This document shows, piece by piece, positions 39,292-48,406 of a DNA stretch of 64,000 bases. Position 1 is the stretch's first letter, and every line of letters starts with the position of its first letter. The translations under genes were made by a program, and so were the position numbers. Below the pieces are notes generated by a model that was not told the DNA's origin, searched no databases, and saw only the letters and a list, made by a program, of their open reading frames with translations. Origin of the DNA: a phage; the sequence record PZ242158.1; one strand, 5' to 3'.

Positions 39292-39663
39292 ATGTTAGTA
39301 AAAGGTACCCACACAGTCAAACAACGTATTGAAGTTGAGATTGATGACTGCGAGCTGAAGCATATTTTACGGTCATGCTCCAACGTTTTGCTCCTTAGCA
39401 TTCTTCAGGAGCGAGCAGAGAACGAGTTCTTAAATGCACTGGCAGGCCGTCCTGGTGACTTCTGTGTGCGTAAGCGTGGTGACAACAAGTCATGGCTGTG
39501 GGAAATCGATGCCGACTGGGATTACCACAAAAATGAGGGTATAGATGAGCCTATTCGTGAATTGACAGACAAAGAGGTTCAGACGTACAATGAAGTTTGT
39601 CATTGGGCAACACGCCAACAAATCTACCTCGACCCTGTGTGGCTGATTGAAAATAGCCATTGA
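39292..39663 (+). CDS. hypothetical protein
   Basis: Start at ATG 39292 after GAGGAGG. Confidence 0.4.
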   Translation: MLVKGTHTVKQRIEVEIDDCELKHILRSCSNVLLLSILQERAENEFLNALAGRPGDFCVRKRGDNKSWLWEIDADWDYHKNEGIDEPIRELTDKEVQTYNEVCHWATRQQIYLDPVWLIENSH

Positions 39664-39739
39664 CAAGAAGTAAGATTAGATATAAGATGCTTCACACAAA
39701 CAGAGCGTTGATTTTTAAATAACTAAGGAGACTGCCAAG

Positions 39740-39994
39740 ATGAAAATTACTTTGAAGCCAGAATGCGTTGCAAATGACCGAGCTTTTAAAGATTGCACAG
39801 TCGGTGCAATTTATGAAGCAGAGTTTTGTGAGAACCCTCTGGTAAAAGCCCTTCTGGAAGAAGGGGCCCCTTTATCACAAGAAGAGATTGATGAGCTGGA
39901 AAACTCAGCACAGTGCCTTACCTTTAAAGATGACGAAGGAGACTCTGTCTGGTGCACTGTTAATGAAGTAGTTTTTGTAAAACCTGAACATTAA
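39740..39994 (+). CDS. hypothetical protein
   Basis: 84-aa ORF, SD AAGGAG. Confidence 0.4.
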   Translation: MKITLKPECVANDRAFKDCTVGAIYEAEFCENPLVKALLEEGAPLSQEEIDELENSAQCLTFKDDEGDSVWCTVNEVVFVKPEH

Positions 39995-40057
39995 TACTTG
40001 ACAACAGTGATGGGGCCTAATATAATGGCCCTATCAAAACGAAAGGGGACCACAGCA

Positions 40058-40330
40058 ATGACCAAACAATATCAACGAATTAAAGCCAAGGTTAAGCCAG
40101 ACTATCTGGAAAAGGACTCTGCTTTTCGGGACTGCACAGCTGACAAAGTTTACACAGGGGCCGTCCTGCTGAACGATGAATTTGAAGTATATGTTCTGGG
40201 TAAAGAGGCCACTATTAAGGACGACCAAGGAGATTATGTTTGCTGCACCACACGTGAGCTAGAAATCTTAGAATACTTCGGTGAAATCTTCACCTCTCTT
40301 GATGATTACTTAGACGACGAGGAAGCGTGA
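40058..40330 (+). CDS. hypothetical protein
   Basis: Start at ATG 40058 after AAAGGGGA; resembles the 39740 product (KDC/RDCT...EVYVLGKEA pattern), possible paralog. Confidence 0.35.
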   Translation: MTKQYQRIKAKVKPDYLEKDSAFRDCTADKVYTGAVLLNDEFEVYVLGKEATIKDDQGDYVCCTTRELEILEYFGEIFTSLDDYLDDEEA

Positions 40331-40719
40331 TGAAAAATATTTGGGATATTGATATCTTTGAAGCCTCTAAGCTTGACGGTGCTGATGGAGTGATTATGGT
40401 GTCTGATGGCAAGGCAACACTAACTTCAGGAGATATCATCTATGCCTTGGACGAGCTGGCGCTTCTGAAATCTACCGGTAACACTTTAGAGGAGCGTCTT
40501 CAAGGCTTCGCCTTCAAAGAAGGCACAAATACAGCCATGATGTGCACCACACGGACAGTTCAGGTGGGTAACGGTGTCTATATGATCATTGCTGTGTGTC
40601 CTAAATTCAGCAACGTCAACAAAGATGATGCTGACGCTGTCAACGATGTGGTTGTTCTCTTCGTGGGTGACGCTATGGCAGACCTGATGAATGCAGGAGA
40701 AGCGGCAAATGAAGACTGA
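40327..40719 (+). CDS. hypothetical protein
   Basis: 130-aa ORF. Confidence 0.4.
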   Translation: MMKNIWDIDIFEASKLDGADGVIMVSDGKATLTSGDIIYALDELALLKSTGNTLEERLQGFAFKEGTNTAMMCTTRTVQVGNGVYMIIAVCPKFSNVNKDDADAVNDVVVLFVGDAMADLMNAGEAANED

Positions 40720-41011
40720 AAACATTACCCCAGCAGGGTTCTTAAAAGTATACCGTGAACTGCTATATACTACAGAGGACAGTGTTCTAGAGTATCCAGA
40801 ATATCTTTTGCTGTATAAGTATCTACAGGAAGCTGGTGAAAATCTGCCAGTTAGTGCAGAAGGCGGTCCGAACTGGGTATACAGCGCATGGAGAAAGGTT
40901 GGCATTCTCCCAGATCCAGGTAAAGATATGGTAGTTTGGCAGCTTATCAACAACATCGGGATTCCAATCTTTGATGAAGCTGTTAAAATCTATTTTGAAC
41001 TTGACGATTAA
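40709..41011 (+). CDS. hypothetical protein
   Basis: Start at ATG 40709 after GCAGGAGAAG. Confidence 0.35.
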   Translation: MKTENITPAGFLKVYRELLYTTEDSVLEYPEYLLLYKYLQEAGENLPVSAEGGPNWVYSAWRKVGILPDPGKDMVVWQLINNIGIPIFDEAVKIYFELDD

Positions 41012-41028
41012 TATCAGGAGACCTTAAG

Positions 41029-41274
41029 ATGACTGAAGTAGTTGCTCGCGCAGGACAGAAAGTACGTTGTGTTGAAGTAGGTTTTGGTGGCAAAGGGTGT
41101 CAAAACTTGACTCAAGGTAAGGAATACGCTGTTATTTCTGGTGGTGGCGACGAAAGTATTGTGTTCGAGGGCCACATCCTGGATGCTGAAAACTTTGAAA
41201 TCTTTGACGACGATGGGGATCCGATCACCTGCCTGCTGGACGGGAATTGGGGAACTTTTGAAGTGATTGGCTAA
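41029..41274 (+). CDS. hypothetical protein
   Basis: 81-aa ORF, SD CAGGAGA. Confidence 0.4.
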   Translation: MTEVVARAGQKVRCVEVGFGGKGCQNLTQGKEYAVISGGGDESIVFEGHILDAENFEIFDDDGDPITCLLDGNWGTFEVIG

Positions 41275-41357
41275 CAAATATCTATTGTAATTTACAGAAG
41301 GGGATGCTAAAATAGTGTCTCCTTCTATGTTGTTCAAATAAAATCGGAGATTCCATA

Positions 41358-41723
41358 ATGGAACAAATGAACGATCAAGCGTCGGTTGCGATGAACGAGC
41401 AAGAACAACCTCAAGAATTTTTCTTAGGGTTAAGTAAAGATCAAGTGTCTCTTCTGCTAGTGCTTTCTTCTTTCATGGGAAGACTTCAGGAGCTTACACA
41501 ACAGCCAGAGGCTGAACAATTATTTCAGGCTCTGCGCGAAGAAGAAAAATATCGTCGTTTGGACTATGCCTTAGGTTGGGTAGCTCAACAACGAGATATG
41601 CTGATGGCTCTCTCTGGGACCACAAGTTTTGCAATGGGCCTGTTGGCTCAAGTTCAGGACAAATTAATTCAGGCAGGGTTTGCACACACGGCGAACACTA
41701 ACGAAGAACAAGGAGACAAATAA
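41358..41723 (+). CDS. hypothetical protein
   Basis: 121-aa ORF, SD ATCGGAGA. Confidence 0.4.
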   Translation: MEQMNDQASVAMNEQEQPQEFFLGLSKDQVSLLLVLSSFMGRLQELTQQPEAEQLFQALREEEKYRRLDYALGWVAQQRDMLMALSGTTSFAMGLLAQVQDKLIQAGFAHTANTNEEQGDK

Positions 41724-42994
41724 TGAGCGTTATTCAACAATTCGCTAACCCGATGAATCCGCGTGAAACTGTTTTACTGGCTCACGGCATGATTAAACGT
41801 GTCAGCATCAAACCTATCAAAGGTGCTGATCCTACAACAGGTATTAAAACCACTGTGTGGCAAGGTAAGAAAATTGAATCCAGCCACACCATCTCTTTAC
41901 TGATTTCTGAACTGGATTCCTCTGATAACCTGCTTCAAGGTGGTGAAGAAGTTTGGATCAGTATGGGTGATAAGCTGCTTAAACCTGGTCATCAAGACTC
42001 TGTCTCTGTTAAAATTGATGACAAGTGGGAAACCGTAACGCCGGGATGGATCGTAAATATCCCTTTGAAGGCAAACGAGCATAACGGTAAGACCTATTAC
42101 AAAGGCTCACTGGCTAAGATGGTCAAACTGGGTGCAGGAGAGGCTCCAGCAGCGACTCAGCAGCAAAAACAGCAACAAGGTGCACAATCACAAGGTCAGA
42201 AGCAGAAACCCCAGCAGAATGCCAATCAGGACGTTTTACGCATCTATGGGGATGTGACTCAGATTGTTGGCAACGTGGTTACTGTAAATGACCACAAGAT
42301 TGGCGAAGGTGCTATGGTTGTAACTGATGAGCAGCTTAAAGACCTGGTGGTAGGTGGTCGTGTTGCAGCCATTGTTGACAAAGACACCGGAAACATTATC
42401 AGTGGTTTCAAAGCCTATCCACCTAAGGCAGAGAACGGCACTCAAGGCTCTGGTGGCAAGCGTAAATCCTCTTACGACCCTATTGGTGTAGAGACGGGGC
42501 ATAGCATCAATGCTTTGCAGATCATCCTGGATCGCGGGTTTAAGGTGGATGACCCACTAAGCGTGGCTAAAACACTGCACGTAGTCACCATTGAGCTTAA
42601 GAAAGAGTATGCTCAAGCCACCAACCGAACTGAAGATGAAGTAGGTGCCAGTGTCGGTAATGCGGTGTTGAACGCTTGTCGCCGTATTGACAAGAAAACG
42701 AAAGTTGATGATTTTGCAGCGGCAATTACTGCAGAAGCAAAAGATGTCTTGACTAATCTGGCTGAGCCGTTGTACGATTGGATCAAGAACGGTGCTGAGT
42801 CCACTGACCATCAAGAACCTCAAGCTGCCAAACAGGAAGCCGCTCCACAGCAAAACACTGTAGACGCTCCTCCTGTAAATGATGAGGAAGATGACCCGAT
42901 GGGTCAGAATCCGGCGCAGTATGACTTCTGTGATGACATACCTTTCGCTCCGGTAGGTTTGCAATATGGCAAAAGTAGAATCCACGCATTGTAA
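41723..42994 (+). CDS. hypothetical protein, possible single-stranded DNA-binding protein
   Basis: 423 aa; central Gln-rich linker [20 protein letters not shown]; acidic tail with ...YDFCDDIPF; in replication module; assignment speculative. Confidence 0.3.
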   Translation: MSVIQQFANPMNPRETVLLAHGMIKRVSIKPIKGADPTTGIKTTVWQGKKIESSHTISLLISELDSSDNLLQGGEEVWISMGDKLLKPGHQDSVSVKIDDKWETVTPGWIVNIPLKANEHNGKTYYKGSLAKMVKLGAGEAPAATQQQKQQQGAQSQGQKQKPQQNANQDVLRIYGDVTQIVGNVVTVNDHKIGEGAMVVTDEQLKDLVVGGRVAAIVDKDTGNIISGFKAYPPKAENGTQGSGGKRKSSYDPIGVETGHSINALQIILDRGFKVDDPLSVAKTLHVVTIELKKEYAQATNRTEDEVGASVGNAVLNACRRIDKKTKVDDFAAAITAEAKDVLTNLAEPLYDWIKNGAESTDHQEPQAAKQEAAPQQNTVDAPPVNDEEDDPMGQNPAQYDFCDDIPFAPVGLQYGKSRIHAL

Positions 42995-43589
42995 GAGGTG
43001 CATCAAGTGCGGAGAGGTGAAAGACCTCTCCGAGTTCTACAAACACCCAAAGATGTCTGACGGTCATCTTAATAAGTGCAAAGAGTGTTGCAAGAAGGCC
43101 AGCAGGGAGGCTGACCAATTTTCCCACGACTCTTCAGAAAAAGGTGTAATACGCGTGCTGTACAAGGCTCAAAAGTGCAACAGCAAGCAAAGAGGTCACC
43201 CGCCTCCGACTTACACCAAAAAAGAGTTTAAGGAGTGGCTATACCTAAACGGTTACAAAGAGTTGTATGATCAGTGGGTAGCCAGCGGATACGACAAAAG
43301 GAAAAAGCCTTCTTGTGACAGGATAGATGATTTCAAAGGGTACTCTTTTGATAATATCCGTTTAACGACTTGGGGAGAAAATAAAGACAAGCAGACAGAG
43401 GATATTCTGTTGCATAGAAGCACCAGCGGTAGACGGTGTAAAAATGTAAGGAGGCTGGACATGAATGGCAACGTTCTTAAAGAATGGGTATCCCACAATT
43501 CTTGTAGAAGAGAAACCGGAATATGTGTTGATTACTACATTCATGAAAAAATTCCAGCCCCAGATGGATACCTCTATGAATACTTTTAG
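42966..43589 (+). CDS. free-standing HNH endonuclease with N-terminal zinc ribbon
   Basis: Cys4 cluster CKRCIKCG...CKECCK; HNH motif [23 protein letters not shown]. Confidence 0.6.
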   Translation: MAKVESTHCKRCIKCGEVKDLSEFYKHPKMSDGHLNKCKECCKKASREADQFSHDSSEKGVIRVLYKAQKCNSKQRGHPPPTYTKKEFKEWLYLNGYKELYDQWVASGYDKRKKPSCDRIDDFKGYSFDNIRLTTWGENKDKQTEDILLHRSTSGRRCKNVRRLDMNGNVLKEWVSHNSCRRETGICVDYYIHEKIPAPDGYLYEYF

Positions 43590-43604
43590 CACCTAACTAA
43601 CATA

Positions 43605-43632
43605 GCCCTGCCCGAAAGGGTGGGGCATTTTT
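43605..43632 (+). terminator. intrinsic terminator (copy 2 of the duplicated hairpin)
   Basis: GCCCTGCCC-gaaa-GGGTGGGGC + ATTTTT; identical hairpin to 31944. Confidence 0.6.
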
Positions 43633-43651
43633 GTATAAGGAGATCTGAAAA

Positions 43652-44068
43652 ATGACATTAGAAGATATCATTGTTAAACCTGAGAACTATGACCAATACA
43701 ACCTGTCAACTCAATCTGTAGACTTTGGATGCGCCACGGTCAGTGCGTGGCTGGTTAACGGAAAAGAGCTGGATAAATGCTTAGAAGCTCACATGTCTAT
43801 TAACAAGTTTCTGGATGAAAATACTCACTGGCTTGAGGGTGCAGGCGTATATGCTTCATGGTTGGAGAGTATGGGATTCGACTACCAATCTGAAGAGGGG
43901 TGGTGGAGCTATTTAGCTATCTGCCCAGAGACGCTGCAATGCTTCATGAAATATTCTGAAGATTTAGAGTATCGCGCTGTGGTTGACAGTGCTATTGCCC
44001 GTTATAGCCGTAAACCTTTTTCCCACGACATTAAAACTGTGGAAGAATTTGTTGAAGTTTTCTGTTGA
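43652..44068 (+). CDS. hypothetical protein
   Basis: 138-aa ORF, SD AAGGAGA. Confidence 0.4.
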   Translation: MTLEDIIVKPENYDQYNLSTQSVDFGCATVSAWLVNGKELDKCLEAHMSINKFLDENTHWLEGAGVYASWLESMGFDYQSEEGWWSYLAICPETLQCFMKYSEDLEYRAVVDSAIARYSRKPFSHDIKTVEEFVEVFC

Positions 44069-44164
44069 CACAGGTTGAAAGGTGTGCAATTATAACTTCA
44101 TAGAACGGGAGGACGTGATGAACGAAGAAAACTGGGATGTATAACTAACAGGAGGCCACTGCCC

Positions 44165-44362
44165 ATGATTTATAGAATCCGTGTAAGAGAAGATGCACCA
44201 GGTTGTTACTTTGACTGGCGTGGGTGGTGGTTTCTCCACCCGATGGATGGACTCACAGATAGAATGCTGGATGCTGCCCTTTATACAGATACCGATATAG
44301 AATATAATCTCTATCTGAAGGATGGTATAGATAACGGTCTATTTGAAGCAATTCCTGTGTAA
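44165..44362 (+). CDS. hypothetical protein
   Basis: 65-aa ORF, SD CAGGAGG. Confidence 0.35.
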   Translation: MIYRIRVREDAPGCYFDWRGWWFLHPMDGLTDRMLDAALYTDTDIEYNLYLKDGIDNGLFEAIPV

Positions 44363-44430
44363 GAAACTGTGATAGCCATGTTTTATGATCTTCCTGTAGC
44401 ACCACCACCTGTTGAACCCGGAGAACTAAG

Positions 44431-44856
44431 ATGATCTATGAAATGCCAAAACTGATTCGTGATGATGCCCAAAACGCTCACACCATTATTATGGGCAAAC
44501 GTATGGATATTATTTGTCATAAAGATTTCTGGGAAGGAAGTTACTTCACAGAGTATTTTGGTAAACTGGACAATGGTCTGCTGATCCAGTTCTACACCGA
44601 TGCGGAAAACAACATTCACTGGGAGTTCGAAACTGAAGATATCCATAAACTTTTCACCTTCCTCGGTATTAAGGTTGAGGCCAAGTTTGAAGAAGGTGAG
44701 TGCGACGATTGTGGATTCTATGAGGTAACAGATTTCTACCTTCCAAGTGGTAAAAATCTCTACTACGAAAGCCACTTCGGCAACTCAAATATGCCACAGG
44801 GTTGGGATGAGTTTTTGGAAATTGCAGAAGAGGAGCTGGAATACCGTGATTATTGA
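44431..44856 (+). CDS. hypothetical protein
   Basis: 141-aa ORF, SD GGAGAA. Confidence 0.4.
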   Translation: MIYEMPKLIRDDAQNAHTIIMGKRMDIICHKDFWEGSYFTEYFGKLDNGLLIQFYTDAENNIHWEFETEDIHKLFTFLGIKVEAKFEEGECDDCGFYEVTDFYLPSGKNLYYESHFGNSNMPQGWDEFLEIAEEELEYRDY

Positions 44857-45304
44857 TACTGTAAAGGGAGATCTAATCTCCATTTTCAAGAAAGGGTCAG
44901 GCCACATGATCCACGGTTGTAACTGCTTTCACACAATGGGTGCAGGTATAGCGAAAGATATTGCCCGTGAGTTCCCTCAAGCACTGGCAGCCGACAAAGA
45001 GACTGCTTATGGTAATCTAGACAAGCTGGGTATGTTTTCTTGTTGGGAGCATTTTGCCAAGGCCAGGGTCGTATATGGAATCAACCTGTATACCCAGTTC
45101 TACCCAGGGCCCAATGCTGAATACTTCTCAATCATGAAAGGTTTTGAGCGAGTCAACGAGGTATTCAAAGGTATGTCATTGCCGTTCTACATTCCTAAAA
45201 TCGGATGCGGTATTGGAGGTCTAAAGTGGAAACATGTAGAAGATGTAATTAATCTTGCAACCACAGATATTGATGTGGTTGTAGTAGAGTACAAAAAGTG
45301 TTGA
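44846..45304 (+). CDS. macro-domain protein (ADP-ribose binding/processing)
   Basis: MIHGCNCFHTMGAGIAKDI (macro N-terminal Gly-rich loop), YGINLYTQFYPGP, SLPFYIPKIGCGIGGLKW (macro diphosphate-binding loop pattern); GTG start at 44846. Confidence 0.55.
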   Translation: MIIDTVKGDLISIFKKGSGHMIHGCNCFHTMGAGIAKDIAREFPQALAADKETAYGNLDKLGMFSCWEHFAKARVVYGINLYTQFYPGPNAEYFSIMKGFERVNEVFKGMSLPFYIPKIGCGIGGLKWKHVEDVINLATTDIDVVVVEYKKC

Positions 45305-45555
45305 CGACCATCTTCTGAGGTGATATAGTTTCCACAACAACTAAGAGAGGAGAGCACTGTGGAGACTAAAATCTTAATTCTTGCTGTGGTAGATACAACC
45401 GAAGGAGCTATATTCGAATCTGCAGGAGGGTATTTCTACCTACCATACGGAAAAAGAACTTCCGAGCCAAGTAAAGATTCAATCCTCAAAGTGTTCCCGT
45501 GTGCTTTCTGGCTGGAGATTTTGGTATAAGATTGCAGATGATTTGGGAGAGAATT

Positions 45556-45750
45556 ATGAGAAACAAGAAAGAACTTTACTCTGGTGAGTGGATCAACGAT
45601 CAACAGGTGGGAGAGGTAACCTGCTTCCGATGTTTTACCAGGTACAATCTTAAAACTGCACCAAAAAGTGTTCCAAAGACTGATGGTTATTATATAAAAG
45701 AACCTCATTGCCCAAAATGTAAATGCCGATTGTACTGGAGCAATCTGTAA
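45556..45750 (+). CDS. small zinc-ribbon protein
   Basis: Start at ATG 45556 after GGGAGAG; CFRCF...CPKCKC. Confidence 0.35.
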   Translation: MRNKKELYSGEWINDQQVGEVTCFRCFTRYNLKTAPKSVPKTDGYYIKEPHCPKCKCRLYWSNL

Positions 45751-45813
45751 GAGGTTGACATCTGAAAACTGCAGTGTATAATATACGCATAAACTAACAG
45801 AGAGCGATGTATT

Positions 45814-46005
45814 ATGGTAATTTTTAACCGAGATGGTATCATAGTTAGACAGCACCCGTTCCTTGAATACTATCAAATTGAGCAATGGTGCTACGGGGAT
45901 TGCAGTCACTCCTATGGGCAAAGTTGGGGATACCGTACAGTTTTTGAATCCACAGACCTTGACAAAGTAAGACAGAAAGTTTTAGAACTTATTAACAACA
46001 AGTGA
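45814..46005 (+). CDS. hypothetical protein
   Basis: 63-aa ORF. Confidence 0.3.
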   Translation: MVIFNRDGIIVRQHPFLEYYQIEQWCYGDCSHSYGQSWGYRTVFESTDLDKVRQKVLELINNK

Positions 46006-46012
46006 GTATGAT

Positions 46013-46348
46013 ATGGTAACATTGGAAAGACGTAAAGCTATCGCCGCCACACTGGCAGACATCTTTTGGGATTGCAATTTAAAAGATACCCGATATTGTG
46101 GCGCATCTGTAGATGCATTATTCCCACGGCCCACTATTGTTGCAATGGGAAACCTGTCAAACGTGGTGTATGGAGCATGGGACAAAGAAGGTGGATTTTA
46201 TATCTGGCAACCTGACTACGGGACCTGGAAAGAGGTAAGGGGTGCGGATGACTTTGGGCCTGCAGTTGCCAAAACGATGGATGGCTGGCAAATTTATGTT
46301 GGAAATGACATGAAGCTGAAAGGCGAGATTGTTTACTGGTTACCTTAA
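46013..46348 (+). CDS. hypothetical protein
   Basis: 111-aa ORF. Confidence 0.4.
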   Translation: MVTLERRKAIAATLADIFWDCNLKDTRYCGASVDALFPRPTIVAMGNLSNVVYGAWDKEGGFYIWQPDYGTWKEVRGADDFGPAVAKTMDGWQIYVGNDMKLKGEIVYWLP

Positions 46349-46368
46349 GAAAGTGCAGGAGATAAAGT

Positions 46369-46614
46369 ATGAACAAAGGGTGGACATTTGTAGACGGCGT
46401 TGAAAACATGCCTCTAGGAAAGTATATTGTAGCCATGGCAGATGAGAATGGTAAGGTAGATTTCGGAGCTTGCGAGATTGTTCTTGCAGGATCTGGTGAC
46501 CATGTGCACAAAACTGGGATAATTAACGGTCATTTCTACTTTGATTACAACCCTGTTGTGGCGTATATGGCTATGCCAGAATTCGAGTTCCCAAAGGAGG
46601 GTGCGGATGTTTAA
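46369..46614 (+). CDS. hypothetical protein
   Basis: 81-aa ORF, SD GCAGGAGA. Confidence 0.4.
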   Translation: MNKGWTFVDGVENMPLGKYIVAMADENGKVDFGACEIVLAGSGDHVHKTGIINGHFYFDYNPVVAYMAMPEFEFPKEGADV

Positions 46615-46804
46615 GCTTAAATCTGCATGGAACATCGCTGTGGGAGACGAGATCCGCATCCCAGGCGGAAAGACAATCATGAAGATATCTCGTATCGAGT
46701 ACGAAGGTGATCGTGTATTCCACATCTTTGCAGAAGATGGTCGAGAAATTTATATACAGGCAGGTTCTCACATTTATATCCGTAAGAAAGGGGACGACAA
46801 ATGA
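46607..46804 (+). CDS. hypothetical protein
   Basis: Start at ATG 46607 after AAAGGAGG. Confidence 0.35.
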   Translation: MFKLKSAWNIAVGDEIRIPGGKTIMKISRIEYEGDRVFHIFAEDGREIYIQAGSHIYIRKKGDDK

Positions 46805-47130
46805 CAGAGATCATCATTTCAACTGCAGGGTATGTGTTCCTGACAATCATTGCACTGACTATTTTGGTTACAGTGTATGGGTTTGTTATCCTTCCTATCC
46901 TTGAGACATTTAGTTTGTGTCGGTGTTGGAGAAAAGCTTACGGGCCACAACCGTGGAAGGACTGGCCTCACCTGGTGCGCTTAGCGTTCTCTTATGCTTA
47001 CGATCACTCTAGCAGTGCATGCATAACCGGATACCACGCCCACAATTGGAGCTGGGAAGGGTTGAGGAAGTGGAATGTTACAAAGACTATACCTCTCCGC
47101 ATGTATAAACCTAAAAACAAAGATAGCTGA
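46801..47130 (+). CDS. membrane protein
   Basis: N-terminal hydrophobic stretch IIISTAGYVFLTIIALTILVTVYGFVILPIL. Confidence 0.4.
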   Translation: MTEIIISTAGYVFLTIIALTILVTVYGFVILPILETFSLCRCWRKAYGPQPWKDWPHLVRLAFSYAYDHSSSACITGYHAHNWSWEGLRKWNVTKTIPLRMYKPKNKDS

Positions 47131-47441
47131 TACTTGAAAATTTCTGGCATATCAAGTATAAGGGGGATTTCTAAAATGGATTTCCTCCTTTTTGATATTT
47201 CACCAGGCCAGATATTTTAAAATTCTTAGAAAATCAGAAAACGGATAGAAAACTAAAATGGATTTTTCAGGGTAGACACGATGAGCTGAGCCACTCATCC
47301 TATCGTTTGCGTCATATTCCGGGCTACCATTCCAGATTTTCCGCGTATGCTCACACCCTTCTACCAGAACTTTCCCACTCGCCCTTGGCCTTTTATGGCA
47401 ATAATCCAGCCACTATCTTGAAGTTGCGGTACAGCTCTCCA

Positions 47442-47529
47442 AGTACTCGATCTGTTTTTCGTTTCAAAGATTGAATTTTCTGAAAATTTTTCTCGATAAA
47501 TTTCTCAGTACTCGATCTGTTTTTCGTTT
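47442..47529. repeat. 23-bp iteron pair in an AT-rich region (candidate replication origin or protein-binding array)
   Basis: AGTACTCGATCTGTTTTTCGTTT at 47442 and 47507, a degenerate third copy near 47560; nearby (C)TAAAATGGATTT x3. Confidence 0.5.
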
Positions 47530-47732
47530 TCTGAATCGGATTTTCTGGAAATCGTTCCAGCTCTCGACCTGAAATTTTTGGGGACGAAATCGATTTTTCG
47601 TTTTCAGAAATGGATTTTTAAAATTTCTATATGGGAATATTTTATGGGATACTGTTTTATAGGAAATTGTTACGGAGGGTAATTAGCATGCTAATTAAAT
47701 TTATTAAATGCGAGGAGTTCTCATTTAGAATT

Positions 47733-47751
47733 TTGAATGATAATCATTCTC
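47733..47751. promoter_or_regulatory. Fur-box-like palindromic operator, site 1
   Basis: ttGAATGATAATCATTCTC matches the Fur consensus GATAATGATAATCATTATC at 15 of 19 positions. Confidence 0.4.
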
Positions 47752-47868
47752 GTTTGCAGAATAACGGGCAGGCCCGGTGATTGTCTCCCGGCCCCTGTTG
47801 CCCCGGCTTGTTATTATAGTATCACACAGGACAAAGAAAGCAAGGATTTTTTGCATAAATTTTTAAAT

Positions 47869-47887
47869 GATAATGATAACCGTTCTC
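47869..47887. promoter_or_regulatory. Fur-box-like operator, site 2
   Basis: GATAATGATAACCGTTCTC matches the Fur consensus at 16 of 19 positions; followed, like site 1, by ..gcag..ccccggtgRttgtctccc. Confidence 0.4.
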
Positions 47888-48406
47888 ATTTTATGCAGCG
47901 CCCATCCCCGGTGGTTGTCTCCCCCGTCACCGGTGCCTGCCGTCCTTTCGATAGGCATATTGTGCCACCTGGCGGGGCCGCTGTCAACACTTCTTCAAAA
48001 ATTTTTTCTAACATAATGCACCAACCGCTGCAACCTGGCGGGGCCAGCCTGGCAGGACCTGACTGACCAGGTAGGAGAGAGTGAAAACTTGCAAACCTGG
48101 TAGGCCTATGCTACAGGGCAGGTAACAATTGAAGAGGAGGTACAAAAATGAAAAGTAATATAATCCCCTGGAAAATGTAGCGATCAACGCCGCTGAAGTT
48201 ATCACCCTGGTTGAAAAGGCTATGGCGGGAGCGTTGGAACATAAAGAAGAGTACGAAAAATGATGGTTAACCTGGCAGGGGCGGCGGCTGGAGAATTCTT
48301 CCCAAAAAATAATTCTAACTAATGGTTGACAGCTCGGAGAGTTCTGTTATTCTTATCCTCGCAAGGTGAACAACACCACACTAATTAACAGAGAGGATAA
48401 AAAATC

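Noticed and set aside
47442-47529. Possible CRISPR array from the direct repeats
   Set aside because: Only two exact 23-bp copies with a 42-bp AT-rich spacer, no palindromic repeat structure and no cas genes; fits iterons better than CRISPR.
47737-48066. 109-aa ORF in the repeat region
   Set aside because: No SD, Pro/Gly/Ala-rich low-complexity translation, and it overlaps the GC-rich repeats and Fur-box-like sites; more likely non-coding.
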